Of a DNA stretch of 64,000 bases, positions 50,030 to 61,574 are shown piece by piece. A program made the translations under genes and the position numbers. Each line of letters starts with the position of its first letter. Within the stretch, counting starts at the first letter, position 1. Origin of the DNA: Phaeosaccion multiseriatum (lineage: Eukaryota; Protista; Ochrophyta, other classes); assembly GCA_965112735.1 (NCBI GenBank), contig OZ218963.1, positions 1,798,001 to 1,862,000 on the forward strand. Reading direction: 5' to 3'. The notes under the pieces are model-generated. The model saw only the letters and a program-made list of their open reading frames with translations, was not told where the DNA came from and ran no database searches.

Positions 50030-50540
50030 GAGCGGGAGGGGAAACCTCCCTACTTAATCCAGGGGGGCGGGGGGGGGCGTCTGCGCCCCCTTTTTTTTGC
50101 TTTAGACGGTCTTTCTCCACACACACTTCTCGGCGAACAGAGCTTCTTTCACCAGCATGAGCACCGAAAATAGCGCTATCGATCTTTAAAGGTACTTCCT
50201 ACCCCGTGCTTGGCGGACTGGGTGGGGCGAGCGAGTAAAATGCCATAGGTTTAATAAAAAAAAAGACTTGTTGCCGGAAAAATGGGACGGGCAGCCATGT
50301 CGGCCCCTGACATGCTTCTGAGGCGACCCTGCTTCCTGCTTCTGGCCGGCGCCAGCCGGCCTGCTTCCTGCTTCTGGCTGGCGCCAGCCGGCCATGCTTC
50401 TTGCTTCTGCTAGAGATGAGGGCACCCCTTGGCAAAAATACGCGCCCCCCTGGATTAAGAAGGGAGGTTTCGCCTCCCGCTCGTTAACTCGCTTGGAGGA
50501 AGAATATCCCCGGGCTTCGCCCGGGGAGAACCTCCCCTAA
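50030..50540. mobile_element. Inverted-repeat/hairpin structure (MITE-like, or a TTAA insertion into a palindrome)
   Basis: ~40-bp inverted repeats at 50030-50069 and 50443-50482 with 2 mismatches, each containing TTAA. Extra hairpin tccccgggc-ttc-gcccgggga at 50507-50527. Confidence 0.7.
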
Positions 50541-50854
50541 AAAAAAAACGAAAAAAAAGGAAACTGAAACTGTTTATTCGCGCCTTCCTCTCTTGCTTCT
50601 TTTTTTCTCCCGTTGCCGGCCACAGTGCGCGGCTGCAGCTGCTGCTGGTGCTGCTGCTGGTGCTGCTGCTGCAGCTCCTCCTCCTCCTCCTACTCCTCCT
50701 CCTCCTCCTCCTCCTCCTCCTCCTCCTCCTCCTCCTCCTCCTCCTCCTCCTCCTCCTCCTCCTCCTCCTCCTCCTCCTCCTTCTCCTCCTCCTCCTCCTC
50801 GGTGCTGCTCGCTCCTCCCCTTCTTCCATTACTACGTACACAGAAAGGTAAGAG

Positions 50855-52800
50855 TCACCCTGAAGGGCCCTGCTTAGCCTGCTGTAACCTTTCCCTTTCC
50901 CTTTGCCGCGCTGCCCTTTTCTGGAGCTTTGCCCTCTCCCTCCCCTCCGCGCCTGCCTCTGTTCTTCTCCTTTTCTCGGCCTCCCTCCTCTTCCGTAGCT
51001 CTGTCTCGCGGGTTCTCTCACCTCCGCCCCCCGAGAGCGACACCACCCTCTGCAGCAGCAGAGTCTGCAGGTGCTACAGCTGCTCCTGCCCCCTATCCTC
51101 CAGCTGCCGGTCCTGCCCCTGATCCTCCCATTGCAGGCCACAGTGCTGCGGCTGCTGGTGCCGGCGGTGGTCCTACTTCTGCTGCTGCTGCCCTTTCCCC
51201 TCCTCGTCCTCCTCCAGCAGCAGCAGCTCCTCCTCCAGCAGCAGCAGCTCCTCGTCCTCCTCCTCCTCCTCCTCCAGCAGCAGCAGCAGAACCAGCACGT
51301 ACTACTCCTACTCCTGCTGTTGCTCCCCCTGCTCCCACGGCTGATCCTCCAGGCAGCTCTGCAGTCACCCACTGGAAGCACACGTTCTCCTTACACGCTG
51401 TGGTGACGCGTGGGTCGTAGGAGTAGAAGGAGGTCGAGTACTCGCTAACGGCTTTCTTCTGAGCGGCAATCTGAACAGGGGTGGGGACAAGGAAGGAGGG
51501 CGAAGAAGAGAGGCGAGGCGTCTTCATCAAAAGCCCCAGAGAGTAGCGCAAATGAGACACAACCGAAGCACACGAACCTGCTCTTGCAATGTTTCCTTCC
51601 TCTTCTCCGCCTCGTTGTACTCAGCTTTCACCCGTTTCTTCTCCTCCAATCGCTCTGTACACCGATGCCTTGTCCCCACCATGAAAAAGTTGTCCTCGAG
51701 GCTGGTGACATACACAGCCCGCTGCGGCGACGTCCATCCTTTAGCTTGTACACACTTTGACGAGGTATGCCATGCGCAAAGAGGCTGTCGATGGTCCTCT
51801 CCAAGGTTGTGGAAGAGGTGGACATACACGTCACGTTGGGCGTACCCCCCCCACTTCAGACTGGCGGCTTGGCGTCGAGGCCCTGAAGTAGGGAGTTTGC
51901 CAAGCAGGCAACCCTTTCTCTTGATCCTTTGCCGCCTGGAGTGCTACCTTGATGAACTCAGTCTGCGCTGGTGGTCTATTCTTCGTCCCAAACCCTCCCC
52001 CACCACAACCGCCCCCCTCCTCGCCCGTATTACCATCATCATCGTCCTCATCCTCGTCGTTCTCACCCCTGTTAGCACAACAAAAGATGTAGAAAGGGGG
52101 CGAGAACAACAGGGGCAAGAAAGTGTGTCAAGGTATGTACAGAAAGGGCGGCGAAGAGGCGATAATTGAGAACGTACCGCTTAGACGTGCGACCAAGGGG
52201 CGGCGAAGAAAACCCTACGAAGTGGTCACCACTTGCACCATCTACCCTGTCTGCGCTCGAAGACATGTCACAGCCCTTCTTCTTCCTCTCCTCCATCTCC
52301 TTCTTTCGCTTCTCTTCCTGCTCCGCTGGGAGCAGGAAATCCTCATCAATTCCTTTTATAGCTGCAGCAATCAACCGCTTCTTCTCGCTTATATCCTTCG
52401 AGGGCCGGCCTCGTCCTCCTCCAGTTTTGTAAGCATCTTCTAAAGTCGCCTTCTGGTTGAGCAAGTCCTGCCTTGCTGCCTGCAATTGTTTCCGCCTCTC
52501 CTCTTGTGCTGCGGCGATTGTTGCAAGCTCAGCCTCCACTCTCGCTTGAGTGCCAGTTTTCGAAGCGGTCGCTGGTTGTGCCGCCGCAGCGGCTGCATCT
52601 GCCAGAGCACCGGCTTGCGTCCAAGTCTCGTCGTCCCAATCACTGGGGCACTGTCATTGTCGTCGTGCGCTCCTGCGGCCTTTCAACTGATATCCGAAGA
52701 GCCCTGTGCGCCAGAAATCTCTTCAGGACTGTCACAAAGGTGGTGCTGTTCCATCCTTTTGTGCTGCCCCGCTACAGCTTCTTCATTCTCCTCCATTTGT
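50855..52800 (-). pseudogene. Disrupted transposon-like gene with a DUF6729-like Cys/His domain
   Basis: VYVHLFH..QPLCAWH..KGW..RAVYVTSLEDNFFMVGTRHRC...SFYSYDPRV..ELP. Frameshift near a C8 run (~51845), stops upstream, no catalytic domain downstream. Confidence 0.45.
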
Positions 52801-53023
52801 CTCTGCTGCTGCTGGTGGTGTCATGGTTTGAAATGTTTGATATGTACCTCTCTTTGCTTGACTGCTGCTGCTACTACCAGCCCTGCCACCTTCCTGCCAT
52901 GAGAAATCCTTCACTAAGCCAATACTACTGCTGGAATGTAGCAGTTGTGGTTATTTAAGCAGCGTTGACCTTCTTAGAGGAGGGGGAAGGGGGGGGGTGA
53001 GCAGAAAATTATAAAATTATAGG

Positions 53024-53086
53024 AAAAAAGTCGCTCCACGGACCAAAAAAAATCGCTCCACGGACACAAAAAATCGGCCACGGACA
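53024..53086 (+). repeat. Three tandem ~21-bp units AAAAAA(G/A)TCG(CT/G)CCACGGAC
   Basis: Directly visible; may be subterminal repeats of the 50-53 kb relic. Confidence 0.8.
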
Positions 53087-53189
53087 GGTCGACACTATAA
53101 AAGTGCGCCTCTCCCCTCTCCAGGTACCTCAAAAAACTAAAACTCAAATGAAACGTCGGATTGGCGAGTTGAAATTAAATTAGGATAAT

Positions 53190-56100
53190 ATGTCGGCACG
53201 GCAAAAGGGCCTGCGCCTTGGATACTATTACTCGCACCACCAGCAGCAGCATCATGATGACGGTTGTAAGAAGAACTATAGGGAGAGCGCCCCTGCCTTC
53301 GGCTTCTTGGGCAGGTCGTCTCCCCACGCCAGCAGGTCGCGGCGGAGAGGCCGGGAAGGAGGCCGCTTGAGGCCGAGTGCCCTGTGTGTGGCAGCGTATG
53401 TGGTCTCCGCGGCGACGTTTGTGGGCACATGTTGTGTGCCCTATGCCCTCTTCCACTCCTCTCACTCCTCGATGGACAGAGGACAGAAGGACAGCGGGGT
53501 GGTTGTTATGGTCGAGGCGCAATTGTACCAGGGAGACCGGCAGAGGCAGCACGTGGTAGAGCAGCTGCAACATGAGCTGAGTGAGAAAATATCCTCGGCC
53601 ACGAGAGGGGACGGAGAAGGACGAGGAGGAGGAGGAGGAGAGACAGCAAAAGAGGCCACATCCACAGCTGTGGCGACACACGTAGACTTGGAAGCCCCAG
53701 CAAGGGGGGCTTTGGAGGAGGAGAACGCGCAGCAAGCAATCGGGGCATTCCTTCGGACGGAGCAGCGCTTTGCGGCGGACGACGCGGAGGTTGTACTGAA
53801 GGAGGTGCAGCGCTATGTGAGCAAGGCGAAGCTCACCTTGGAGGAGGATGCCCGGCGAGTCGCCCAGGGCCTGCCGGTACAAGTGAGTAGCGAGGGGATA
53901 GCAATGTGCAGACCAAGTACGCAAGTTAAGGCAGTAGTTTGACCACCTCTTTGCTGCCGCCGCTGTCCTCAACGTGCATGGAATGCTACCATCTGTTGCT
54001 GCTGCTGCTGCTGCTCTGATGCAGGGCCGTTACCTGGTACTGTCAGGCATCAAGAACGAGCTCGTCAATCGTCTCCGAGCCGTTATCAGTGGCTTCTTTC
54101 TGGGGTGCGTCCGGTGCTTGGGTACTTGAGCCGATCGGAACGGCAGGAGGGCAGAGCTCTTCGCTCTTTCTCTCTCTCGCCCTCGATTCGGAAGAGAAGG
54201 AGAGAAAAGGAGTCGTCTACTCCCTTCTCTCTCTGTCTTTCTTTGTCCCCCCTGTATCTTCTCTCATTTCTGTGTTTCCCTTTCTGCATCTTTCTTTCTC
54301 TCCCACTGTCCCTATTTCATCAGTATGATGACGGACCGCGTGTTGCTGGGAGATATCACGTACCAAAAGGACAACACTAAGGGCCTTCTGTCGCAGCTCT
54401 TTGAGACTCCTGGCTACGACTGGGACTTGTCGCTGCTCTCTCCGGCGCTACGGAAGGCAGTGGAGGGAGCGCAGGTGAGCCCACTAAGCTCTTGTCTTGT
54501 CAAATGCGGTGGGAAAGGCGGGAAACGCGTGGGTTATAGCGAGCAACCGTTTCCTGAGCAGACTGAGGAGCCTACCGTCTCCAGCTTACCATCCTCTTGA
54601 AGAAATGAAAGGAAGGCTTTGTTTCTTCGAAGGTTCCCTTCTGCACATGTTCTCTGACGCTCTTATGGGATGTATGTATCTCCCCACCGACACACAAAGG
54701 GCCCAAAGCTGGCGTTTGACATGAGGTCTGATCACTTCGAGCAGTGGATGTGCGAAGGGGTGGGGGAGGGCAGCGCTCCTGTCATCAAGGTAGGGGCACT
54801 ATTAGTAGTCACTCGAGACTATTGGAGGATCACAGCTACCACACAACAGCACATGAATTCAGTCACTTGCCCTTGCAAGTGCACATGCACACGACCCTTC
54901 GTTCGTCTCCTTTGGGGGTGGTGGGATCTGACTTCATCCTGGAGGTGCGGACATTGACTCCTGCCTGTCCCTCCCCTCGGCCTTATGTTGCTCCCCACAG
55001 ATGACGACGATGCTGTACCCCTTCCCGCTCCTCATTAGGAATGCTAGGTAAGTTGGCATGGGCTCAAGGGAGCAAACACAAGACCTGAGAACGGAAAGTC
55101 ACCCTTCAGACCCCCACCCTCCCCACAGGTTCCTGACTTCTCTCCCCCGCCTTGCCTCTCTATTGTACGATACCTTGCGCAGTTTCAAGGCCTCCAAGCT
55201 GTATCAGCACTTCCGTTTGGACGATGAGAAGTACGGCAAACACGAGGCGTTGGAGACGCTCTTTGTGAGGTGTGTGCATTAGCTGAGTATCCTTTTTGTG
55301 ACAAACTGACTGCGTCGGAGACTAGTGACCGTCTTGCCTCAAGTCAAAGGGGCAATCCCCCCCACCAACTCTATACTCACATTCTCCCTCATTCTCCACA
55401 CCCACGTACAGTTGTACGTAGTCCTTGATGATTCCTTTAAGTCAATGAATGCCCCCTCATTCTCCCTACTCTCGTCTCCTCTCCTCTCTCCTCTCTCCTC
55501 TCCCTTTCGCTCTGTCTACCTCTCTATCTTTCTCGCTTCTCCCCTTCCCCTTCTCTTGCACGCACTTCCCAACCACCCACCCACCCACACACACACACAC
55601 ACATACCGTGTCCCACACGGGGATGGGGTCTTGAACGAACCACACGCGATGGCACTCCACTCCTCACGCACAGGCGCATCTTACGCCCCCAGCCAGAGCT
55701 CCGCGACCAAGCGCGGGGTGTCATCAAGGACCTTCGTACTCAAGCGAGGACGTTTCAGAAGGACAAAGGCCTTGCGGAGCCGCCGCGCGTTGCGGGTCTG
55801 CACGTGAGGACTTTCTATGTGGAGGCCATGAGCAGCAGCAGTAGCAGCAAGGGCAAAGGAGGAAATGCCGGTGCAGACCATAATGTGAAGCTGTTTGAGC
55901 ACTGCGCACATCGCTCGTTGCAGGCGCAGACCCTGCCTCAAGCCGCGCAGAGGAGGGGCCACGCTGGCCCTGACCCTGGGGTGGAGCACACGCAGCTCTT
56001 TGTTGCTACGGACACAGCTGCCAGTCAGTCTCTAGCCAAGAAGGTGGGTGCATGGGTGTGCGCGTGAGTGCGTGCGTGTGTTACCCATCCCGTTCCGCGA

Positions 56101-57200
56101 TCTATCGCGTATTGGGTTCTTCATTCGTCGAGCCGAGTACATGAAAGACTTGGCCTCTAGCCAAGCTATGGGATGCTGGGGTGAACTTACCAGCTTCTCT
56201 CTCGCTCCTTGGCTCTCTCTTCTTCTCTTTCTCTCCGTGTTTGGCCTTCTCCCGTCTATCTCCCTTTCTCTCCCCCCCCGCCCCCCCCCCGCCCCCTCCC
56301 CCCTCCGTCTCTCCCTCTCTCCCTCCCTCCCTCTCTCCACTCTCCTCCCTCCCGCGCCCTCTCTTTCTCTTCTCCTCGCAGCTGTGGGGTGGCCGCGCAA
56401 GCTTTATTCCCTTCGGCCAGCCGGGAAGATTCCTAGGTGGTATCAAGACGGCTTTGGTGGACCTTCTCGTCGTTGGGTCACTGGACGGTACGTACTCTTA
56501 CGTAGTGAAGTTCTACTTGACCATATCCCCCCCCCCCTCCCCCCCATCCACTCACTTCCCCCCTCGTCCTTTTCTCCCTCAACCCCTCCTCGATCCGTTC
56601 AGCCTACGTGATGACGCCTCACTCAAGCTTGTCCGAGCTTGCCTCTGTCTTGTCCTTCACATGGGAGGAAGAGCAACCATCGGGTGAGGGGGGGGCTGCC
56701 CCTCACCCACGCAACAAGGCCATCACAAGCAGTGTACATCCCTATTACTCAGGCTACACCATCATGCCCAACAAACCTGTCCTCCCCGTCTTTGAGGGAA
56801 TGGTGAGTCATCTCAAACAGAGGATGGGTATTGACAAGAACAGTTGTAGGAGAGAGGGCCCCCTGGGGGAGAACGTGTCTGCGGTCTGTGAACTTGAACC
56901 GTACCTACTTACGTGTGGAGTTTGTGGTATGTACCTAACCCGCTCCGCCTCTGCTCTCCCCCCCCTTCCCTATCGCCTCTCATACTCCTCACACTTGTCA
57001 TCCTCCCTCTCCCTTCCTCTACGACGTACATGCTGCAGAATGATTTGGAACATAAGAAGCTTGCCGCACTCCTGGATAGGCGAGGTGGCGTACTGGAGAC
57101 CAGCGAAGGGACCTGCATGGAGCAAAAAGGGGTGAGTATGGAAGTGGTACAGAGGGAGAGAGAGACTTCCCCCTTTGACGTGTACCTCACACACGAGTGA
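53190..57200 (+). CDS. Type II membrane fucosyltransferase-like protein (GT37/GT23 alpha-1,2/1,6 clan), multi-exon
   Basis: N-terminal TM, NELVNRLRAVISGF...MMTDRVLL, motif I ILRP..VAGLHVR (~55675-55810), motif II LFVATD, motif III ALVDLLVVG. Confidence 0.75.
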
Positions 57201-57275
57201 GCGTGGCCGCCGTTCATGGACTTGCACTGACTTGGATAGCGACGCGGATAGATTGGGCCACCCAGGCGGATGAGG

Positions 57276-57435
<160 letters not shown>

Positions 57436-58380
57436 TGAATGCAGCCACTCGACTAGCTCCTTGCCGCTACGGCCTTTGCCTCGCTGTGCACGGTGCCTGA
57501 CGTACCGCATCGCCCCCCCTCGCCCCCTCTTGTGTGAATGACCATGGCACCGAAATGACACCGAAATGACACCGACATGACATCGACAGGCCGGTCTGAG
57601 CGTGATGATTGCTGTGGGAGGGAAGCTGTCCAGCATGGCGGAGGAGGAGAACAGAGCCAAGTGCCACTGATGGAGCTAGAGGGATAGAAGCTTAGCAGCT
57701 TCACCCCGATCGTTGGATCTTGAATTATTATTATTGTACTTGCAGGACCCCACCCCATCCCCCTTGAGTATACGAGTGCACCACCCTCTTAAGCTGTACT
57801 TCCCGCGATCAACCGTTACACTCCCCGCGGTCAACAGCCCAAGCACTCATGTATGACGAATGGCGAATGACAGACAGTCGTCCTCGAATCAAAATTGGCA
57901 CCGAAAAGCTCGCTCCCCCCCCCCTCCCTCCCTCAAAAAATGGTTCGGCTCTCCTTCCTTGCCCTCCAGCACCTCTAGATGCCCTCGCGATGCCCTCGTG
58001 CAGGGCATGTGGGTGGTCGCCTAAGTTAACCTATCGCATTTGTGCGACTGCCTGTCTGCTGGGTCGTATCACACAGCGACACGTAAAAAGCGCACACGCT
58101 GCTACTAGTATTACTGCTGCTGCTGCTGCTGCTCCTGCTGTTGCCGGAGTTGGATGGCGACCCTGCCGATGGAACCAAAGCCCCCGTCGAGTCGTTGCCT
58201 CCCCTCCCTGATGAAGGGCTCTGTGTGAGCCTTGTCCCGAAAGGGCCAAAAGGGCCCGTAGGAACGAAATAGTGGTGCGTTGCCTGAAACCGTCAAAACG
58301 TGGCTCCAAGTCCAATGGAGCGTGCCCTCCGGTTCCACTACGTAAGGCTCCCCGTCATCTCATGCAAGAAAGTATACCAT

Positions 58381-61300
58381 TCAGGCAGCGGCGGTGATGA
58401 ACACGGCGACGTGGTGAGCTAACATCTTGCACAACTTAATGTCCGCGTCGTCGAAGGTTCCTCCATTCACCTTGTTCATCATCTGAGTGAGAAGAAGCAT
58501 CCCCGCATCCGCCAACAGAGAGAGAAATGGGAGGCAACAGAGTGTGAATAAAGAGGCGCGATGGCAAGAGAACAGTTACGGGGAAGACGGAACACTACGG
58601 TGGAGTTTCAGTTCAGTGACAGTAACAAGCAACGTGATGGCAATTCTCACCTCGATGACAGCCAGGACTTTTCCGTTGCCGTCCGGAGACATGACCGGCA
58701 CCCTGCATGCATAAGTCGAGGATTCATTCACTGTCAGTTAGGTAGGGAGGGCGCCTTGGGACGTTTCAGGTGGCAGTGGAAGCAGTGGAAGGCCCCCCAG
58801 CTCGCTCACGCGTCTATTCCTCTCCCCTCCCTCCTCCCTATCAACACAGAAGTACTTACGCGATGAGATTGTATGTGCTAGTTTTGAGGGACTGGTCGAT
58901 TTTGGCGTAGAAACGGTTATCCTTGGCGGTGTCCTTGACATGGATCACCTGCCCCCCCCCCCCGCACACACACGTAACACACGCAATGGAGAGAAGCAGA
59001 GAGAAGATGAGCGGCGAACACATCAACGGAATCATCGCACCCTCCTTGATTGAAGCCTTTTTAGCCCCCTTCATCTTGTTTCCATTTCCACATGCCCTCC
59101 ATCCCCTCCCCGCACCTGCTTGGTCCTGACCGCCTCTCCCACCACTCCCTTGCCCATCGGCACAGTGATGAGCTTATGTGTCACCAGCGTGCCGTCGTGG
59201 GTCGTCGCCACCTGTGACCAGCACGACCGGGTTCGTGAGAAATCTGGTTGTTTCACTTCCACACGTGTGAGGAGTAGTCTCTGTAGGCGTTTTGTTGAGT
59301 GCCCAGAGGAGCTCTATTTCCACTTGTACCTTTTTACGCCCCTCCACCCCCCCACCCCCTCTTTCTTTCTCGTCTTTCTCGCCCCCTCCCCTCCTCGTCT
59401 CTCTCTCTCTCTGATTCCGTTACCTTGCTCCAGAGCTCCTGCTTCTCCTCGTCCACAAAGAAGAGCGAGCAGCGCGAGGCACTTATCATCTCATGCCCGT
59501 GATCGAGCAGAGCGGTGAACAGCGTGTCGAGCTCGCGTTGCTTCCTGCGGTACCAGGAGGGAAGCAGACGAGACAGGGAGAGAGGGAGGGAGGGAGAGAG
59601 AGAAGGAGAGAGGGGGAGAGAGACAGGGCGTGTGAGTGTTGTGGGAGGAAAGAGAGGAGGAGAGAAAGATTAAGTCCTTCACATCCAAGAGGGTGTTGCT
59701 CTTCTGTGCGCCTTGGTAGGTGAGCTTGGGCTGCTCGGTTTCTCTACCCCCCAAACTCTCTACCGGCATACGCACTCACTTCTCTCTCTCCTTGGTGGTC
59801 GTGTCGATGAAGAGGAGAGAGCACTTCATTTGCAGTTTCCGGGGTTCCGGGTTCAGCAGTTCCAGTTTCAGTTGCGGGACAAGGCGAGGCAGCGAGTGCA
59901 CAGGGGAAGAGAAAGAGAAAGAGGGGGGTGGTGGAGTGAGCAAAAGAGGGAGAGAGAGGCATTAGTTTGGCTAATTTTTCTGGAAACAGGATCGCTTCGC
60001 TCCAATTTTCTCCTGTGTGTGTGACCCCATCAACTGTGCCGCTGATGATTTGGCCTGGCTCTGAACACCACCCGGTGCCATCCGGTGCCATCCGTCAGTT
60101 GCGGTGCTGCTGCCACGGCCGCCCCTTCCCACTCTACTCCATGCTCCTTCCCTTCTTCGCCCCCTTCTGCTCCGCCACTCTGACCCTCCCTCCCTTTCTT
60201 TGCTTCCTTCGTTCCTCCCCTAATCCTTCCCTTCCTCCACTCCCTCCGCTTGCCATCCTCACCATTCCCAGCAGGCAGCCCGCGATGACGCCAATGGCCG
60301 CTCCTGCAGTTGCCACTATCTGGGTTATTCTCAGCCTGTGCTGCGCGGCCGATATGACTGGGATGGGGAGGCCAAGCTTCGTAGCCATGGATTCCACGTA
60401 TCCTGTAATGGGAGGGAGGCGAGGAGGGCACAAAACAAAATCGAGAGAATCCGGGAACAAATGAACTTCGACGACTGCAATAAAGATTAAGAGGGTGAGA
60501 GGGTTACTCCGTCGGTCGCTACTGTGTGTGTGGCTCAATCTCTCTCTCGTGTGTCCCTATCTCTATCTCCCCCCCTTTTCCCTTCTCTCTCTCTCTCTCT
60601 CTCTCCTATCTAATCTGCTTGAACGAACCTCCGAACAGAACGCCCGAGGTGTCCGACACCACTTGTCCGAGAGCGGCGGCGCTCAGGGTGGCCAACCCGA
60701 ACTTGACTCCAATGGTGTTGTCGATGAGATCCCCTGCCTGGATCATGACCTGAGAAGAAGAGAGGACGAGGGGGAAGCCGGGGGGGGGGGGGTGGTAACA
60801 TTTCCTGAGCCAAGAATCCTTGCTTGGGACTTGGCTGAGAGAAAACTTTGCTTCCAATGAAACTATATACTCTTCCCCTTCGTCCTCAGCTCAGTCTTAC
60901 CAGATTGTCCACAAATCCGAAGCCTATAAACGGCACTGCTGAGTGCATGAAGAGGACGCGCAGCTGTTCCAAGGAAGGGCGGGGAACGACGGTGCCTCCC
61001 TCTCCTACTTCACCCCCACCCCCTCTTTCCGCTACTATTGGTGCTGCTGCTTGCTTCAGCTCCTTTCCCTCTTCTATTGGAGCTGTCGACGGAGGGGAGG
61101 CGGCTTTCGCAGGGGAGGCCCTGGTCAGAGAGGGGCCGGTGAAGCGCCTCACCATTCCGCAGTGTCCTATGGGGGGAGAAGGGTGCCAGTCAAGGCGGAA
61201 ATCAGTTCGTCTTCTTTCCTCTCGTGCAACGAGTGTTGCTTGCACTCGTGATTCCGTTCATCCAACCCCTCCATTCCCAACAAATCTTGCGTACCTGCTG

Positions 61301-61574
61301 GTGTTGGTGGGGGCCGCGACCATGCGATGGTTGACTGCCCTGAGAACGTGTAGCACGACCTGCTCAAGGAATTGCTGTAGCCGCCATTAGCCCTGATCCA
61401 TGCAGCGCTACCGGCTTCGTGTGGCCTCGCCCGTCGCCTCGAAGAAGATGAGGAGTACTTCCGCTGCTGCTGCAGCTGCTGCTGCAGCACGCGCCCACTA
61501 CCTATTGCTACTCGCTGCCGACAGCTCTTGAGGCAAAGAGCGCCGCCATGAGGCACTATTGCGGGGGCCGTCAT
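58381..61574 (-). CDS. TMEM65-family mitochondrial membrane protein fused to a C-terminal GAF domain (10 exons)
   Basis: R/S-rich presequence. TMEM65 motifs AVPFIGFGFVDNLVMIQAGDLID, AAALGQVVSD, GAAIGVIAGCLLGMCSLLF. In-frame continuation ASRCSLFFVDEEKQELWS..PMGKGVVGEA..DNRFYAKID..VPV..VLAVIEMMNKVNGGTFDDADIKL. Confidence 0.85.

Noticed and set aside
50507-50540. Helitron 3' end (hairpin + CTAA)
   Set aside because: No following T, no matching 5' TC terminus and no Rep/helicase ORF; kept only as an alternative reading in the findings.
51829-51850. In-frame TGA as selenocysteine or readthrough
   Set aside because: The flanking ORFs are in different frames; a frameshift at the C8 run explains the break.
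53024-53086. Short repeat arrays as possible CRISPR (also 37387-37442, 47385-47450, 57538-57588, 591-780)
   Set aside because: Simple tandem duplications with no unique spacers; eukaryotic context and no cas genes.
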